NCBI RefSeq assembly: GCF_963921235.1
Contig: NC_086097.1
Location: 223,388,001 to 223,452,000, forward strand
Origin: Mobula hypostoma
Taxonomy: Eukaryota
DNA: 64,000 nucleotides
Direction of reading: 5' to 3'
How positions within the stretch are numbered: the first letter of the stretch is position 1; the number at the start of each line of letters is the position of its first letter. Below, one piece after another: positions 36,157 to 48,671 of the stretch. Below the pieces are notes generated by a model that did not search any database, had not been told where the DNA came from, and saw only the letters and a program-made list of their open reading frames with translations. Both the position numbers and the translations under genes were made by a program.

Positions 36157-38914
36157 CCGTGCACTTCTTGATATAGAACGTTAAAGCACAGTACAAGTCG
36201 TTCGGTCCACATATCTAATTTTTGTACAACGTATTCCCTTATGACATTATGATATACTTCACCAATCTGAATTCCATTTGGCACTTTTGTCCACCTGACC
36301 ACCCTACTGCTATTTCATAGCTGTCTTAAACTTTCTTCTTCACTGTCAACCAAATAACCAGTTTTGCTATCATCTGCATATTTATTCATTACGCCACTGG
36401 TATTAAAAACAAATGATAGACATACAACAAATCAGTGATATATACGAAAAGCAATGGAACTAGTATTGTATCCCAAGGACCCTTCATTGCATATACACTT
36501 CCTATTAAACAACATTCTTCAGTGTCTGCTACTGAGCCAATCCCGGATCCAACTTGACAATTCACCTCGGATTTTATTTCTCAGAGCAATCTGTCTTACC
36601 AGACTTTGTTTAAAATCTCTAATCATTTAAATGGAGCCCAGAACATTAGTCTGTTGCACTTATGGGAAGATATCTACCAGCTGGATATAAAGTAGTGCCA
36701 ACATGATAGCAACTTTTCTTCCAGATTCAGACACCCAGAGATTGGCTCCCAGGATTGTCTGACCCAGTATAATAACCATCACCTAGAACCAACCAGGGCA
36801 ACACAGCGTCTGTCCCAGAAATGAGAATAGTAAATAGTGTACTTGTAACTCTTCTTTCCCCAACAGGAATCCTTCCATATACGCCTTGAATAATAACTAA
36901 AAGTTAGCATTTATGAAACATTAATTTTTGAGATCTGATCTCTCAGACTTCAAGATCTGCTTGAGAAGTCCAGATCTGGTAATTTTTTCCAATTAGGTCC
37001 GACAGTAATATCCAGTACTCATTTAGAAATGAGAAAAAACATCTGCACAATCTTTACATATCCCTTATATAAACATTTACATTTTAAACACTGATATTCT
37101 TAACATTTATCCTGCTGAATAAACAGGAACTCTACATGACGAAAACTGATTCTAACATTTAATCAAAGCACTTTCATGCTGTTTACACACAGTGAAAATG
37201 TTTTCATGCATCCCACATCAATGTCTTTCCAGCACATTAAGTTCTCAATTATCCTGCAAAAAAACTTTTTGCAACCAAGTGGTAAAATGCGTTGTTTAAT
37301 GAAACTAGAATTAAGACCAAAAGATATAGCAGCAGAATTAGGCCATGTGGCCGGCCAAGCCTGTTCCAGCATTTCATCTTGGTTGATCCATTCCCCTCTC
37401 AGCCCCAATCTCCTGCCTTTTCCCCCATATCTCTTCATGCCCGACCGATTAAGAATCTATCAGCATCAGCCTTAAATCACTTAAATGGGCAACAGAATAT
37501 ATTCAGACTGAAAGAAACCTCATCTCCCCTCTTTGTTAGGATTAAATCAACTATCCAAATTTTGACTTCCCACACTCTTCAAGGTCAATGTATGTATTGG
37601 ATCAGAATATGCCAGGCCCTGCCTAGACTCTGCAGCACTTCCATGGTCACCTTCAACCAGCCAAATCCAGAGAACCAATTTCAAAAGACGCTTGCAGTCC
37701 AGGAACCAAGTGGTGAGATTGCGACAGCAGCTGAGGCCCCTTGCTAGGTGCCCATGGTAGCCTTTCACAGAAGGCAAAGCAGCTTTGTAGTCTGTCAAAA
37801 TGTTTAAGAATTTCAAACAATTTTAAATATCATGAATAAATAAAAATTAAAATCAATGGTCATTTATAAACTAATAAAATTGAAGGGAATGATTAAAAAA
37901 TTTTGAAAAATTATTGAAGTCACATAAAGGCACTAGAGATAATTAAAACATGAAACAATTTTTAAAAAGTATTTCTCCTTTGCCTTTTCCATCTGCAAAC
38001 CAAGAATCCCCACTGAAATCAATAGAATTCAACAACTGAATGTAATGGCAGATGCATGTTTGTATCTGTCTGAAACTAACTTCCATCCTATTTGCTGTAC
38101 TGTTGGTGACACAGCCTGACACAGCCAACTGCATTAAACCCATTGTTATTAACAGTTACATGTGTCTGTACTTTATCAGTTCACTTTCAGTTTCTTACCA
38201 GTTACAAAATTGACTATATTGATCAAAGTTATCAACCCGGCCCACTAAATGACTGCACCTCCTGAAGCTCTTTGGCCATCCCATTCTCTTATTTCCTTCA
38301 GCAGCACTAATCTTTCAGAGTTCCACTGCTTTGCCTTGTTGCATTGACTGCACTAATTGTGTCTACTTCTAATGTATAGCATCTTATCTTTAGATTCTAT
38401 TGATTCATTACTTGCACATTATCTCAAAGGGTTCATTCACAAGCACCAAGCTACTTTTAAAATGAGTGCTCTATGTCCAACTTGGCCCCTCTGCTGTTAT
38501 CGCTGATTTCTGGAGCTTTGCTGTGCTTTCTACTTGCCCCAACAATCAAATTATTGCTTTCATTTCTCACCTATAACCTATCTCAACCAATTTACTACTG
38601 AAACCCTCATTACTTCTAGAATGAACTACGTCAGAGCTCACCTTGTAAAATACTGTCTCCAGCAATGGCAAACCATGGCTGATCCACGATTCTGTAACTC
38701 AAAAACTTTCTCATTCTCATCAGTTTCTAACAAGTTCTACAGATTCATCATTTCCCAAACAGGTTGCATAGTTTCAATCAGTGATCCCTATTCTTTTCCC
38801 TTACCTAATTAAACCATTAATTATTAAAGCTAAGTTTTCCTAAAATAAGGATGAGAAATTGTATCCGGGTAACTTGCATACTTGTCTGCCATGGGAGCCC
38901 AACTCATTAACTAA

Positions 38915-39980
38915 AGACACAAGTGACGCAGCAGATGCTGAAAATCCAGAGTAACACACACAAAATGCTTGAGGAACTCAGCAGGTAAGGCAGCATCTAT
39001 GGAAAGTCATCAACAGTCGACATTTCAGACTGAGACTCTTCATCACGATTAGAAAGGAAGGGGAAGAAGCCAGAACAAGATGGTGGGAGGGGAAGGAGTA
39101 CAATCTAGAAGGTGATAGGAAAAGCCGGGTATGTGGAAGAGGGGTTTGAAGCAAGCCGCTGGGAGGTTATAGGTAGAAAAGGTCATTGGCTGAAGAAGAA
39201 GATATCAACTAGGAAAAGGGATTGGTCCATAGGAGAAAGGAAAGGAGGATGGGTTCCAGGGAAGGTGATAGGCAGGTGAGAAGAGTGAAGAGGGGAGCCA
39301 GAGCAAGGAATGGAAGAAGAGGGAGGAGAGAAGGGGAAAATTACTCGGTTGCAGAAATCAACGTTCATGCCATCAGGCTGGAGGCTACCCAAAGGAAATA
39401 AAAGGTATTGTTCCTCCAACCTGAGAGTAGCATCACCCTGACAGTAGAGGAGGCCATGAATTGATGCGTCAGAATAGGAATGGGAAATGGAATCAAAATA
39501 GTTGGCCACCAGAAAACCTTGTTTGTTGCAGATGGTCCCCCCATTCTACATTGGACTACACTAATGTAGAAGAGGCCGCATCAGAATTACCAGCTACAGT
39601 AGAGGGCACCAACTGATTTGCAGGTGAAGTGTTGCCTCACTAGAAGGACTGTTTGGGGCCCTGAAGGGAAGTGATGGAGGAGGTGAACGGGCAGGTGTGG
39701 CACTTCTTCCACTTGCAGGGATATGTGCCAGGAGGTCAATCAGTGGGAAAGGGATGAATGGACAAGGGAATCATGGAGCACGATCCCTGCGGAAAGCGGA
39801 GAGTGAGGGGGGAGGTTAAGGTGTGTTTGGTGTTAAGTAGAATGTACACAGAATAATGTGCTGGATGTGGAGGCTCGTGGGGTGGTAGGTGAGGACAGGA
39901 CAAACTCTATCCCTGTGAAGATGGAATGAGGGCAGATGTCCAAGAAATTGTGGAGATGCAGGGGAGGGCAGTATTAACTA
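38915..39980 (-). mobile_element. Old PLE 3' fragment
   Basis: ORF 39183-39509 retains IHGLLYC..ATLRLEEQ...LGSLQPDGMN; decayed HHR near 39014-39052. Confidence 0.82.
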
Positions 39981-41212
39981 AAGCTCAGACGACTCAGGTC
40001 CATTTTAGACTCTCTGAGACATATGCAGTCCTCCCCAATCTATTTTATCCTTTTATAGAACCCTCTCAAGAATCTGACATCATGGAGAATGGAGGCAGGT
40101 CAGTTATATAAATATGCTAGCTGCATGAGAATTGCCCAGTATAAACGTTACTTTACATAACACACTAGTATGCTATGCTTAAACCATTAAATAAGCTGCT
40201 AAACTATATAACATCTCATTATCCTTCTAAATAAATGTCTAAATTTTAAGATAGGCAGCATTAATTCAAGATAGGACGAAGAGAAATCAAATAAATGTAC
40301 CCGCCATCAAAAGAAGTGCCAATTCTTTTAAAAAGGTGCTGCTGTTTAATCAGCGTACGATGGCACGGTCCCTTATCTATTAATGTATTAACTGTGTGCC
40401 ACATACGCTTTTGAAAAAAGTTAAATATTGCTCAATATTCTTAGAAATTTTACTAGCTGCATGAGAATTTTGGATGCAAAAACACTAGGTAAATGAGAGT
40501 TTACCATCTTATGAGCGTTTGTTGTGAGGGTTGGTTTACCTCTTAATTCCTCATTCAATATAATCCTACCCTCTGCCTCAATTAGGGAAATAAAACCGGC
40601 AATACTTTTATGCAGCACTGGAACGAGTCGCCCACTTTATTTCTTGGCGGACGTTTGTGCTTTGTTCAGAACATAAAGTGAAAAAAGTGCCCATATTTTA
40701 GATAGGACATTAATTTAAAAATATTCTCAACAACATTGAGGTAGCTTCCCCAATTGAAATAAAATTCCAAAGGCAAGTTCCAATATAGAACCAAATTTTA
40801 AATCAGGAAATGTCCCAAGGTACTATAGGCAAGCAACTGGAGTAGAATGGATTTTAGATCCCTGGGTAATGGAAGGAAAAATCTGCTACATTTTCTGTTC
40901 CTGATCACTGTAAAAAAAATAGAACTGGGCACATCTGCAAAAAGGAAGTCACCACTAATGAATCCACCAAAAGGACTGCTACTTTAGTGTGTCCCAATCT
41001 GCAAAGTTATTGCAGTAACCACAAATACTTTTGGTATAAAATTGGGGAGGGGAGGGGAAAGAAGGGGTTATTCTATAGTGTAAGCATGTAAGCGGAAGAT
41101 ATTATTAAAACTTTTAGTGAAGATAAACCTTTCAGCAACGGGTAAACCACTTAAGACAAGCTAGCAAAATTAATGCAGATTATTCAGATTCTGGTGATTG
41201 ATAAATATTTAC

Positions 41213-41372
41213 CCGACATGTCCTTTCTGGAATAGGTTTATCACGAAGAGCCTGAAGGGCTTTCATAGCAGCATTGTGTCTAGCAGCTTGACGAGTCCGT
41301 CCTTCTCCAATAAATTCCGAATGACCCACAAGCAACTGGACATAAAATAATTTGGGAGTTGGATAATGGTAC
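41213..41372 (-). CDS. STAU2: Staufen-2 internal coding exon (C-terminal part of dsRBD2)
   Basis: Translates (R)YHYPTPKLFYVQLLVGHSEFIGEGRTRQAARHNAAMKALQALRDKPIPERTCR, closely resembling vertebrate STAU2 as I recall it. Acceptor CACAG before 41372, donor GTAAAT after 41213; 160 bp, ends in phase 0. Confidence 0.93.
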
Positions 41373-42329
41373 CTGTGTTGAGCAAAAGTCAACAAACATA
41401 TTTTGAGACAAGCAGAACTCACCTTGGGTTTGTTAACAATGATCACTTTGTTGCACCATGCAGTTCTTGTGAACTCTGAGACAATTAACAATTAAACAAC
41501 AGTGGGTTGTTGCCAGCTGGTCTTGTATTTGCAACTGTAGATAAAACACAGCATTTATTTGGGTGCCAGTGGGGAAGGTATATGAAATCTTGGCAAAATA
41601 TCCGAGTGGAGACTACCACACCCCAGCCACCCCAAGAGGAAGATGATTTTTTAAGAAATCTGTTGTTGACATTTGTCATAAACAATTAGAGCCAGCATCC
41701 ATGGAATGCAAAACATTCTTGTCATTGTTGGCCTTGTAATTTAATCAGTTTCTCTCAACCTTAATAAAGTGTTACATTGTTAATGCTCCAATATGCAAAA
41801 AAAATTCTTTGCTGCAAAATTCAAGTCAAACGTAACTAAAAAAACCCAATTATGCCAACCAAGATATTTAAATGTGGTAATGAAAACAGGCATTCATTAT
41901 TAAGCAAAGGAAAAGAGCCAAGAATAAAAACTTAAAGATGTTCAAAACCTTGGTTTCTCTTTTCCTCCCGGTGAGAGACCAACTACACACTAAATGCGGC
42001 CTATATTCAGCAGTTATCCAAGCAGCAACTCTTCACATCTAGAGCCTTGATATTATTTATAGCTCATCTCAACCACAAACTCATTGAATAAACACAGGCA
42101 GGAAAACAGGATCACTCATCCCCTCAGCCTATTTCAGTACTCCATTGACTTGTACCTCTACTACCATTTGACTGAAGTTCTGTATTCCTACATCCAAAAT
42201 ATTTTTCATACATTTATAACAACCTCTTCACACTCACCAAGTATCGCAACTAACAAGGGTATCATAAAATGTCAGTGTTCTGAAGAATAAAACATCACAC
42301 TCAGCCTACACTTGAAATGAAGTGGAATC

Positions 42330-42575
42330 TGGGAAACAGTTCCACAGCATAAAAGTGAGGACCAGCAGGCTCCGGGACAGCTTCTTACACCAGGCCATCA
42401 GATTGATTAATTCATGCTGACACAATGTATTTCTAAATATATTGACTGTTCTGTTGTTTATCTTACTGTACATACTGTATTACAAATTACTATAAATTGC
42501 ACATTGAACATTTAGATGGAGATGTAACGTAAAGAATTTTACTCCTCATGTATGTGAAGGATGTAATAAAGTCAA
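42330..42575 (+). mobile_element. Rex1/Babar-type 3' end
   Basis: RTSRLRDSF.HQAIRLIN remnant, ending at AATAAA. Confidence 0.6.
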
Positions 42576-43894
42576 TACATTATAAGCTCCTATGTGCAAC
42601 AACATGCTGCGAAGATCAAAGACACTGAATGATGGTTTAAGGTGTATTTACTTTATTCTACTGAATCTGTGCAGTTCAACCCAGTAAAGAGAAGGTTGAA
42701 ATCTACTCATCTGCAATTCAACAAACAAGCACTTGGATGGAACATGATGCTGCCAACACTCCAACATAATAGAAATCATTGAGCTGGTGTGTTGAAAATG
42801 CATCAAAATGTTATCTTGGGTATTTTAAAGGGAGTCTAATTCCCAATACAGACAGAATTAATCTCAGACATTCTTAAAGTTGGAAATTTTAAAAAATAAT
42901 CATGGATTTTAAAATATATAATCAAGAGTGTGTGACGTGTATATTTTTCTCTTGGCTACTTTTCAGAACTTAAGAGTTAAATGCCCAAAAGACCTCCTCT
43001 TCTGGAGCCAATCAATCATATACAACACTCATTAAACTACTTTTGTGTCATAAACTATAACTCTTCGGCAATATTTCTCCACTTATTCTTGGTGGGACAG
43101 TTCAATAGGTGCATGAAGGACTCTGGTTCTTTCACTGCTGTCTTATTTTATGCTCTACCACAATTCAACTGTGAAATCATCAAAATTATTTTCGATCTGG
43201 CTTTTACTCAATGAATAAAAATAAAACTGAGGAGAATAAGCAGAAATTCAGACAACATTTGTGCACTGTCCGTTGATGTAAAATTTTCTACACTCCTTTT
43301 AAATTCCAGTTAAACTCACCAAGGTTTGTTTCCTGTATTTTCTTTAAATTCATTTGATTCACTTAAACCATTTTTATACTCATGCATAAAAAAGAAATCA
43401 AATAAATTAGAAGTGTCTTGGGGTATTACTAAAAGTACCATCCAATAGTCTGTAAAAAAACAAAGTCCCCAGGCATTTTAATTTACTTCTTCGTCACTAA
43501 GGTAGCTTGTTTCTGTCATACTCATTGCAAAACTGCAAATACCATACACAACATTGTAATGAAATTCGTACTCACATTTTTCCCCCCAAGATAAATCTAT
43601 TTGGAATTCACACCCAGCCCTACCCCAAAGCTGAAAAGAAGTCTAGCACTCTTAAAATTTTATTTATTACTATTTCTGTTTTTTCCTTTTTGTATTTGCA
43701 CAGTTTGTCATCTTATGCACACTAGCTGTCTGTCCTCTTGGTGCAATCTTTCAGTGATTCCATTATGGTTATTGGATTGATTTTATTTCTTGAGTATGCC
43801 CACAAGAAATGTATCTCAGGGATGTATATGGTGACATATATGTGCTTCAATAATAAATTTACTTTTATCTTTTACACACCGGAGCTCCAGCTTC

Positions 43895-44200
43895 CATGTC
43901 ACACTTTTTGTCCCTCTTCCCTCTGGGAGAAGGCTCAGGAGCTTGAAGACTCGTACGGCCAGATTTGGGAACAGCTTCTTTCCAACTGTGATGAGACTGC
44001 TGAACGGATCCTGACCCGGATCTGGGCTGTACCCTCCAAATATCCGGACCTGCCTCTCGGTTTTTTGCTTTACTTTCCCTTTTCTATTTTCTATTTATGA
44101 TTTATAATTTAAACTTTTAATATTTACTAAGCGCAGAATCAAATATTGCTGTGATGATTGTACACTCCAGTATCAATAGTTTAGCGACAATAAAGTATTA
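43895..44200 (+). mobile_element. Rex1/Babar-type 3' end
   Basis: LPSGRRLRSLKTRTARFGNSFFPTVMRLLN then 3'UTR with AATAAA; the same terminal segment recurs inverted at about 53930-54005. Confidence 0.75.
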
Positions 44201-46084
44201 TATAAAGTATCTCACTAGGGATCTGGCTCCCACACTCTCATTGAACTCATCATGGCCTTGGTTCATGAATTTTCCTAAATCAGACTGGGACCAATTTCCT
44301 GTGCTCCCTTTAAACTTACTGGAGATTTTTGTTTAATACTCTATAATATCTAAAAATGGTGAATTAAAAGTATATTTTGATAGTTAGAAACAAGAAACAT
44401 CCAATTGTCTAGAAAATCTGATCATCCAGGATCAGAGTACAGCATATACAGGTTGAATGGATTTTTACTCTATATCGGATCTTAATATAAAAAAAACTTA
44501 ATCTATATTATTGCATCTAGTAGTATGCCATATTAAGATCATAAGACCTAAGAGCAGAATTAAGCCATTCGGCCCATCAAGTGCTTCATCATTCAACCAT
44601 AGTAGTTAGTTTCCAACCTTGTTCTCCAGCCTGCTCCCCATTACCCTTAATCCCTTTACTGATCAAAAACCTTCAAATCTCTGCCTTAAGTACACTTGGC
44701 CAACACAACACTCTGTGGCAACAAATTTCACAGATTAACCAACTTCTAACAGAAGAAATTCCTCATTTCAGTTGTAAAGAGAGGCTGTGCCCTTGAATAT
44801 GAAGATGAAGACATCCTCTCCACTTCCACTCTATCCAGGTCTTTCAGGATCTAGTAGATTTCAATGAGATACCCTCATCCTTCTGAACCCCATTGAGCAC
44901 AGGCAGGCCCACAGCATCAAACGCTACTTATATATTGTACCTTTCAGTACTGGGATCGTTATTAAATGTGGGTTTGTGTGACTGAAGAAACTGGACTGCC
45001 GATGCTGAACTCATAATTTACCTGCAACATATATGGTATTGTTATTTCTATGCTATACTTAACCAGAAATTGACCAGAGGTGTATTCTACATCATTTATA
45101 TTTCATTTTATACTATGCATGTTGTGACCAGAATAGTCCATCATAAAATGGCCGCATAAACACAAATTACATTGAAATGCTCAAACCATCTGCATTCTTA
45201 CTCATACTATTCACCCATCATCTCCAAAGCTGTTGATCTACATTGGTAAGCATGCGCACCAGTTGTATCTTAAAATGATCTTCCTTGTTCTCAAACATCG
45301 CCACACTTTACCCCTTTTTCTTTACCTCTCTCACTTTACATAATTTCTTCTGTCTAAACTTGTGGCTCTCCACCCCCGCCCCACCCAACCCCATCTAATT
45401 CCAGACTCAAACAACTCCAGTTTTCCATATCCAACATCCTATTCTTCCCATGATCTCCACTTCCTTTCCAAACTCCCTTGCCTCTCTACCTCTCTCTTCT
45501 GCTTCAGTACACTTTTATCATTTATTCTTTGACCAAGCTTTATTAGCCAATTATAATAGATTGATTCTTTAACCACTGACATTCATCGGCCTTGCAGCAA
45601 TCATCAAGTTTAGCTAGTTTCATGTTTCTTCTTCTTGCTGAAGGATCAGTAATTTATGGCTTACTCTTCAACTTGTGTTAATTTAGCAGTGGATTACATC
45701 AACAAATAATATGTCATAACACTGGGAAGAATCTTTCAAAGATCATATATTTCTACTTTTGATCATTTATGGTTCCAAAGGGATTTAGAAAGTGCTGAAC
45801 TGGAATTAATCAGTAATCTATGTAGTTGAAACTGCCAGTTAGTGCCCCCCAGAGAAGAATCAATAAACAACCTCTATCAATCAGAGAAAGGGTCAAAGAT
45901 TTTCCCAAGGTTTTGGTTATTAGAAAATTGAGCACAGATAGCAAGAGGGTTGAGCTTTCAGAACAACAAAGTTAAATAGGCAGACCGCAAGTGTTATTGA
46001 ACTGTGGAAAGTGATGAACTTGCAAGGTGATTTTTTCATAGCCAGAAAGACAGGGCATCAAGGATTTTTCCAAGCAACTTCACA

Positions 46085-46603
46085 GTTTTAGGCCCCTTAT
46101 CTAAGAAAAGATGTACTGGCATTGAAGAGAGTCCAGAGGAGGATCATGAGAATGATCCTAGGGATGAAAGGGTTAACATATGACGACTGTTTGATGACTC
46201 TGGGCACGTACTCACTGGTGTTTAGAAAAATGAGGATCTCACTGAAACCTATTGAATATCGGAAGGTCTAGATACACTGGATGTGGGAATCCTTCCTATT
46301 GTGGGTGAGTCTAGAACCAGAGGACACAGCCTCAAAATAGAGGCCATTGGTTGCCCATTTAGAACAGAAATGAGGATGAATTCATCAGCCAAAGGTTGAT
46401 GAATCTGTAGAATTCATTGCCACAGATGGCCGTGGAAGCCAAGTCATTGAGTATACTTAAAGTGGAGGTTGATAGTTTCTTGATTAGTTAGGACATCAAA
46501 GGTTATGAGAAAAGGCAGGTGAATTGGGTTGAGAGGGATAACAAATCAACCATGATGGAATGGTGGAGCAGACGATTTCTGCTCCAATGTCTCATGGTCT
46601 TAT
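46085..46603 (+). mobile_element. Decayed CR1 3' fragment
   Basis: PYLRKDVLAL.RVQRR remnant; CATGGTCTTA tail. Confidence 0.78.
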
Positions 46604-46824
46604 ACGAAGTTTCACCACATGAAAAATATCTATGCAATGATTATTGTGCATAATATGCAAGATACATCAATCAACATATCCAAATCTGAACACAGCCACT
46701 GTCCTTTATGCTCACAAGTGGAATGAAGTAGTTTAAAGGTAGAAAATTTGAATAGATTAGTTTAGCCCAATTGCCTTCAAAGAGATTGAAAAGATATTTT
46801 CAGAAAGACAAACACCGCAGATAA

Positions 46825-48085
46825 AACACAAGAAATTCCACAGAGCCAGGAATTCAGAGCACACCAAGCGCTGGAGGAACTTAGCAGGTTAGGCAGCATC
46901 TATGGAAAGGAATAAACAGTCAATGCTTCAGGCCGAGACCCTTCATCAGGACTGGAAAGGAAGGTGAAGAAGCCAGAATATGGTGGGGGGGGGGGTGATA
47001 GAAGGGGAAGGAGTACAAGCTAGAAGGTGATAGGTGAAGCCAGGTGGGTGGGGGAGGAGGATAAAGTGAGAAGCTAGATGGTGTGAGGTGGAAAAGAAGG
47101 AATTGGATAGGAGAGTGGACAATGGGAGAATGGGAAGGAGGAGAGGCATCAGGGGGAAGTGAAAGGGAAGAGGTAAGAGGGGAGCCAGAGCGGGGAAATG
47201 GAAGGAGAGGAAAGGGGGAGGTGGAAAAATCACCTTAAGTTAGAGTGATCAATGTTCATGTCGTCAGGCTGGCAGCTAACTAGACGGAATATGAGGATTT
47301 GCTCATCCAACCTGACAGTGACCTCATCGTGGCAGTAAAGACCATGAACTGACATGTCGGAACAGGAATGGGAATAGGAACTAAAATGGTTGACCACCAG
47401 GAAATTCTGCTTTTTACAGATGGAGCTGAGGTGCTTGACAAAGCAGTACTCCAATCTATTTTGGCTCTTAGCAATGTAGAGGAGGCCAGAATCGAGAGCT
47501 CAGGTTACTTCAGACAGCTCCAACAGATTCACCCACAACAAGCACTTTAGTTCCAATCCCCACTCCCAGTCCAACATATTGGTTCATGGCCTCCTCTACT
47601 GCTACGATAAGGCCACCCTCAGACTGAAGGAGCAACACCTCATATTCTGTCTGGGTAGTCTCCAACCTGAAGCATGAACATCGATTTCCCTAACTTCTGG
47701 TCATCGTTCCAGAGCCCCCTCCTTTCTCCATCAATTCCCACTCTGGCTCCCCTCTTATCCCTTCTCTTCTCCTTACCTGCCCACAACCTCTCCCTGTTGC
47801 CCCTTCTCCCATGGCCCACTCTCCTGCACTATCAGAATCCTTCTTCAGCCCAAGACCTTTGCACCTAATCACCTTGCAGCTTCTCACTTCAACCCTTCCT
47901 CCACCACTTACCAGGCTTCACCTATCACCTTCTAGGCTTTACTCCTCCTCACCCCGACCTTCTTATTTTGGCTTCTTCCCCCTTCCTTTCCAGTCCTGAT
48001 GAAGGGCCTCGGCCCAAAATATTGACTGTGTATTCCTTTCCATAAATGCTGTCTGACCTGCAGAGTTCCTCCAGCATTTTGTGAG
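46825..48085. mobile_element. Old PLE 3' fragments in inverted arrangement (- at 46825-47490, + at 47545-48085)
   Basis: Both arms carry GIY-YIG C-terminus, 3'UTR and decayed HHR (about 46918-46953 and 47991-48028). Confidence 0.78.
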
Positions 48086-48671
48086 TGAAACACTGCAGAT
48101 TCTGTAATCAGGACAACAAACGTTGTTTGCTGGAAGAAGACTGGTGTCCAGCAACATCTGTGGAAGGAAATGAACTGTCATTGTATCAGGTCTGAACACT
48201 GCATCAGATGTTCCCAGATTTCAGTGTGCTATTATGATTCCTGAGTTATGCTGTCCATCAGGTTGGTATAGAACAATACACAAGATTCTTATGTCATTTA
48301 AGGGTGTGGTTGACGTCATTGCACTTGTGAAAATATACAAAGTAAGACAATTAAAAAAGCAGCATACTTTTTCTACATTTAAATTCAATGTCAACATAAA
48401 ATCAAGTCCAAATTTATTGTCACTAGCTGTACATATATACAACAAAATGAAACAATGTTCTTTTGGACCATGGTGGGCCCACAATACAGTGCCTAGAAAA
48501 AACATTCACACCCCCACCCCTTGGAAGTTTTCATCTTCTATTCTTTTACAACACTGAATCACTGTGTATTTAATTTGGGTTTTTTGACACTGGTCAACAG
48601 AAAAAGACTCTTTCGTGTCAAAGTGAAAACAGATCTTAACAAAATGATTTAAATTAATTACAAATATAAAA

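Noticed and set aside
41373..41491. 5' part of the 103-aa ORF and a strong donor-like site CAAG|GTGAGT at 41422
   Set aside because: Staufen similarity starts at the acceptor at 41373. Using this donor would need a 50-nt intron, which is implausibly short.
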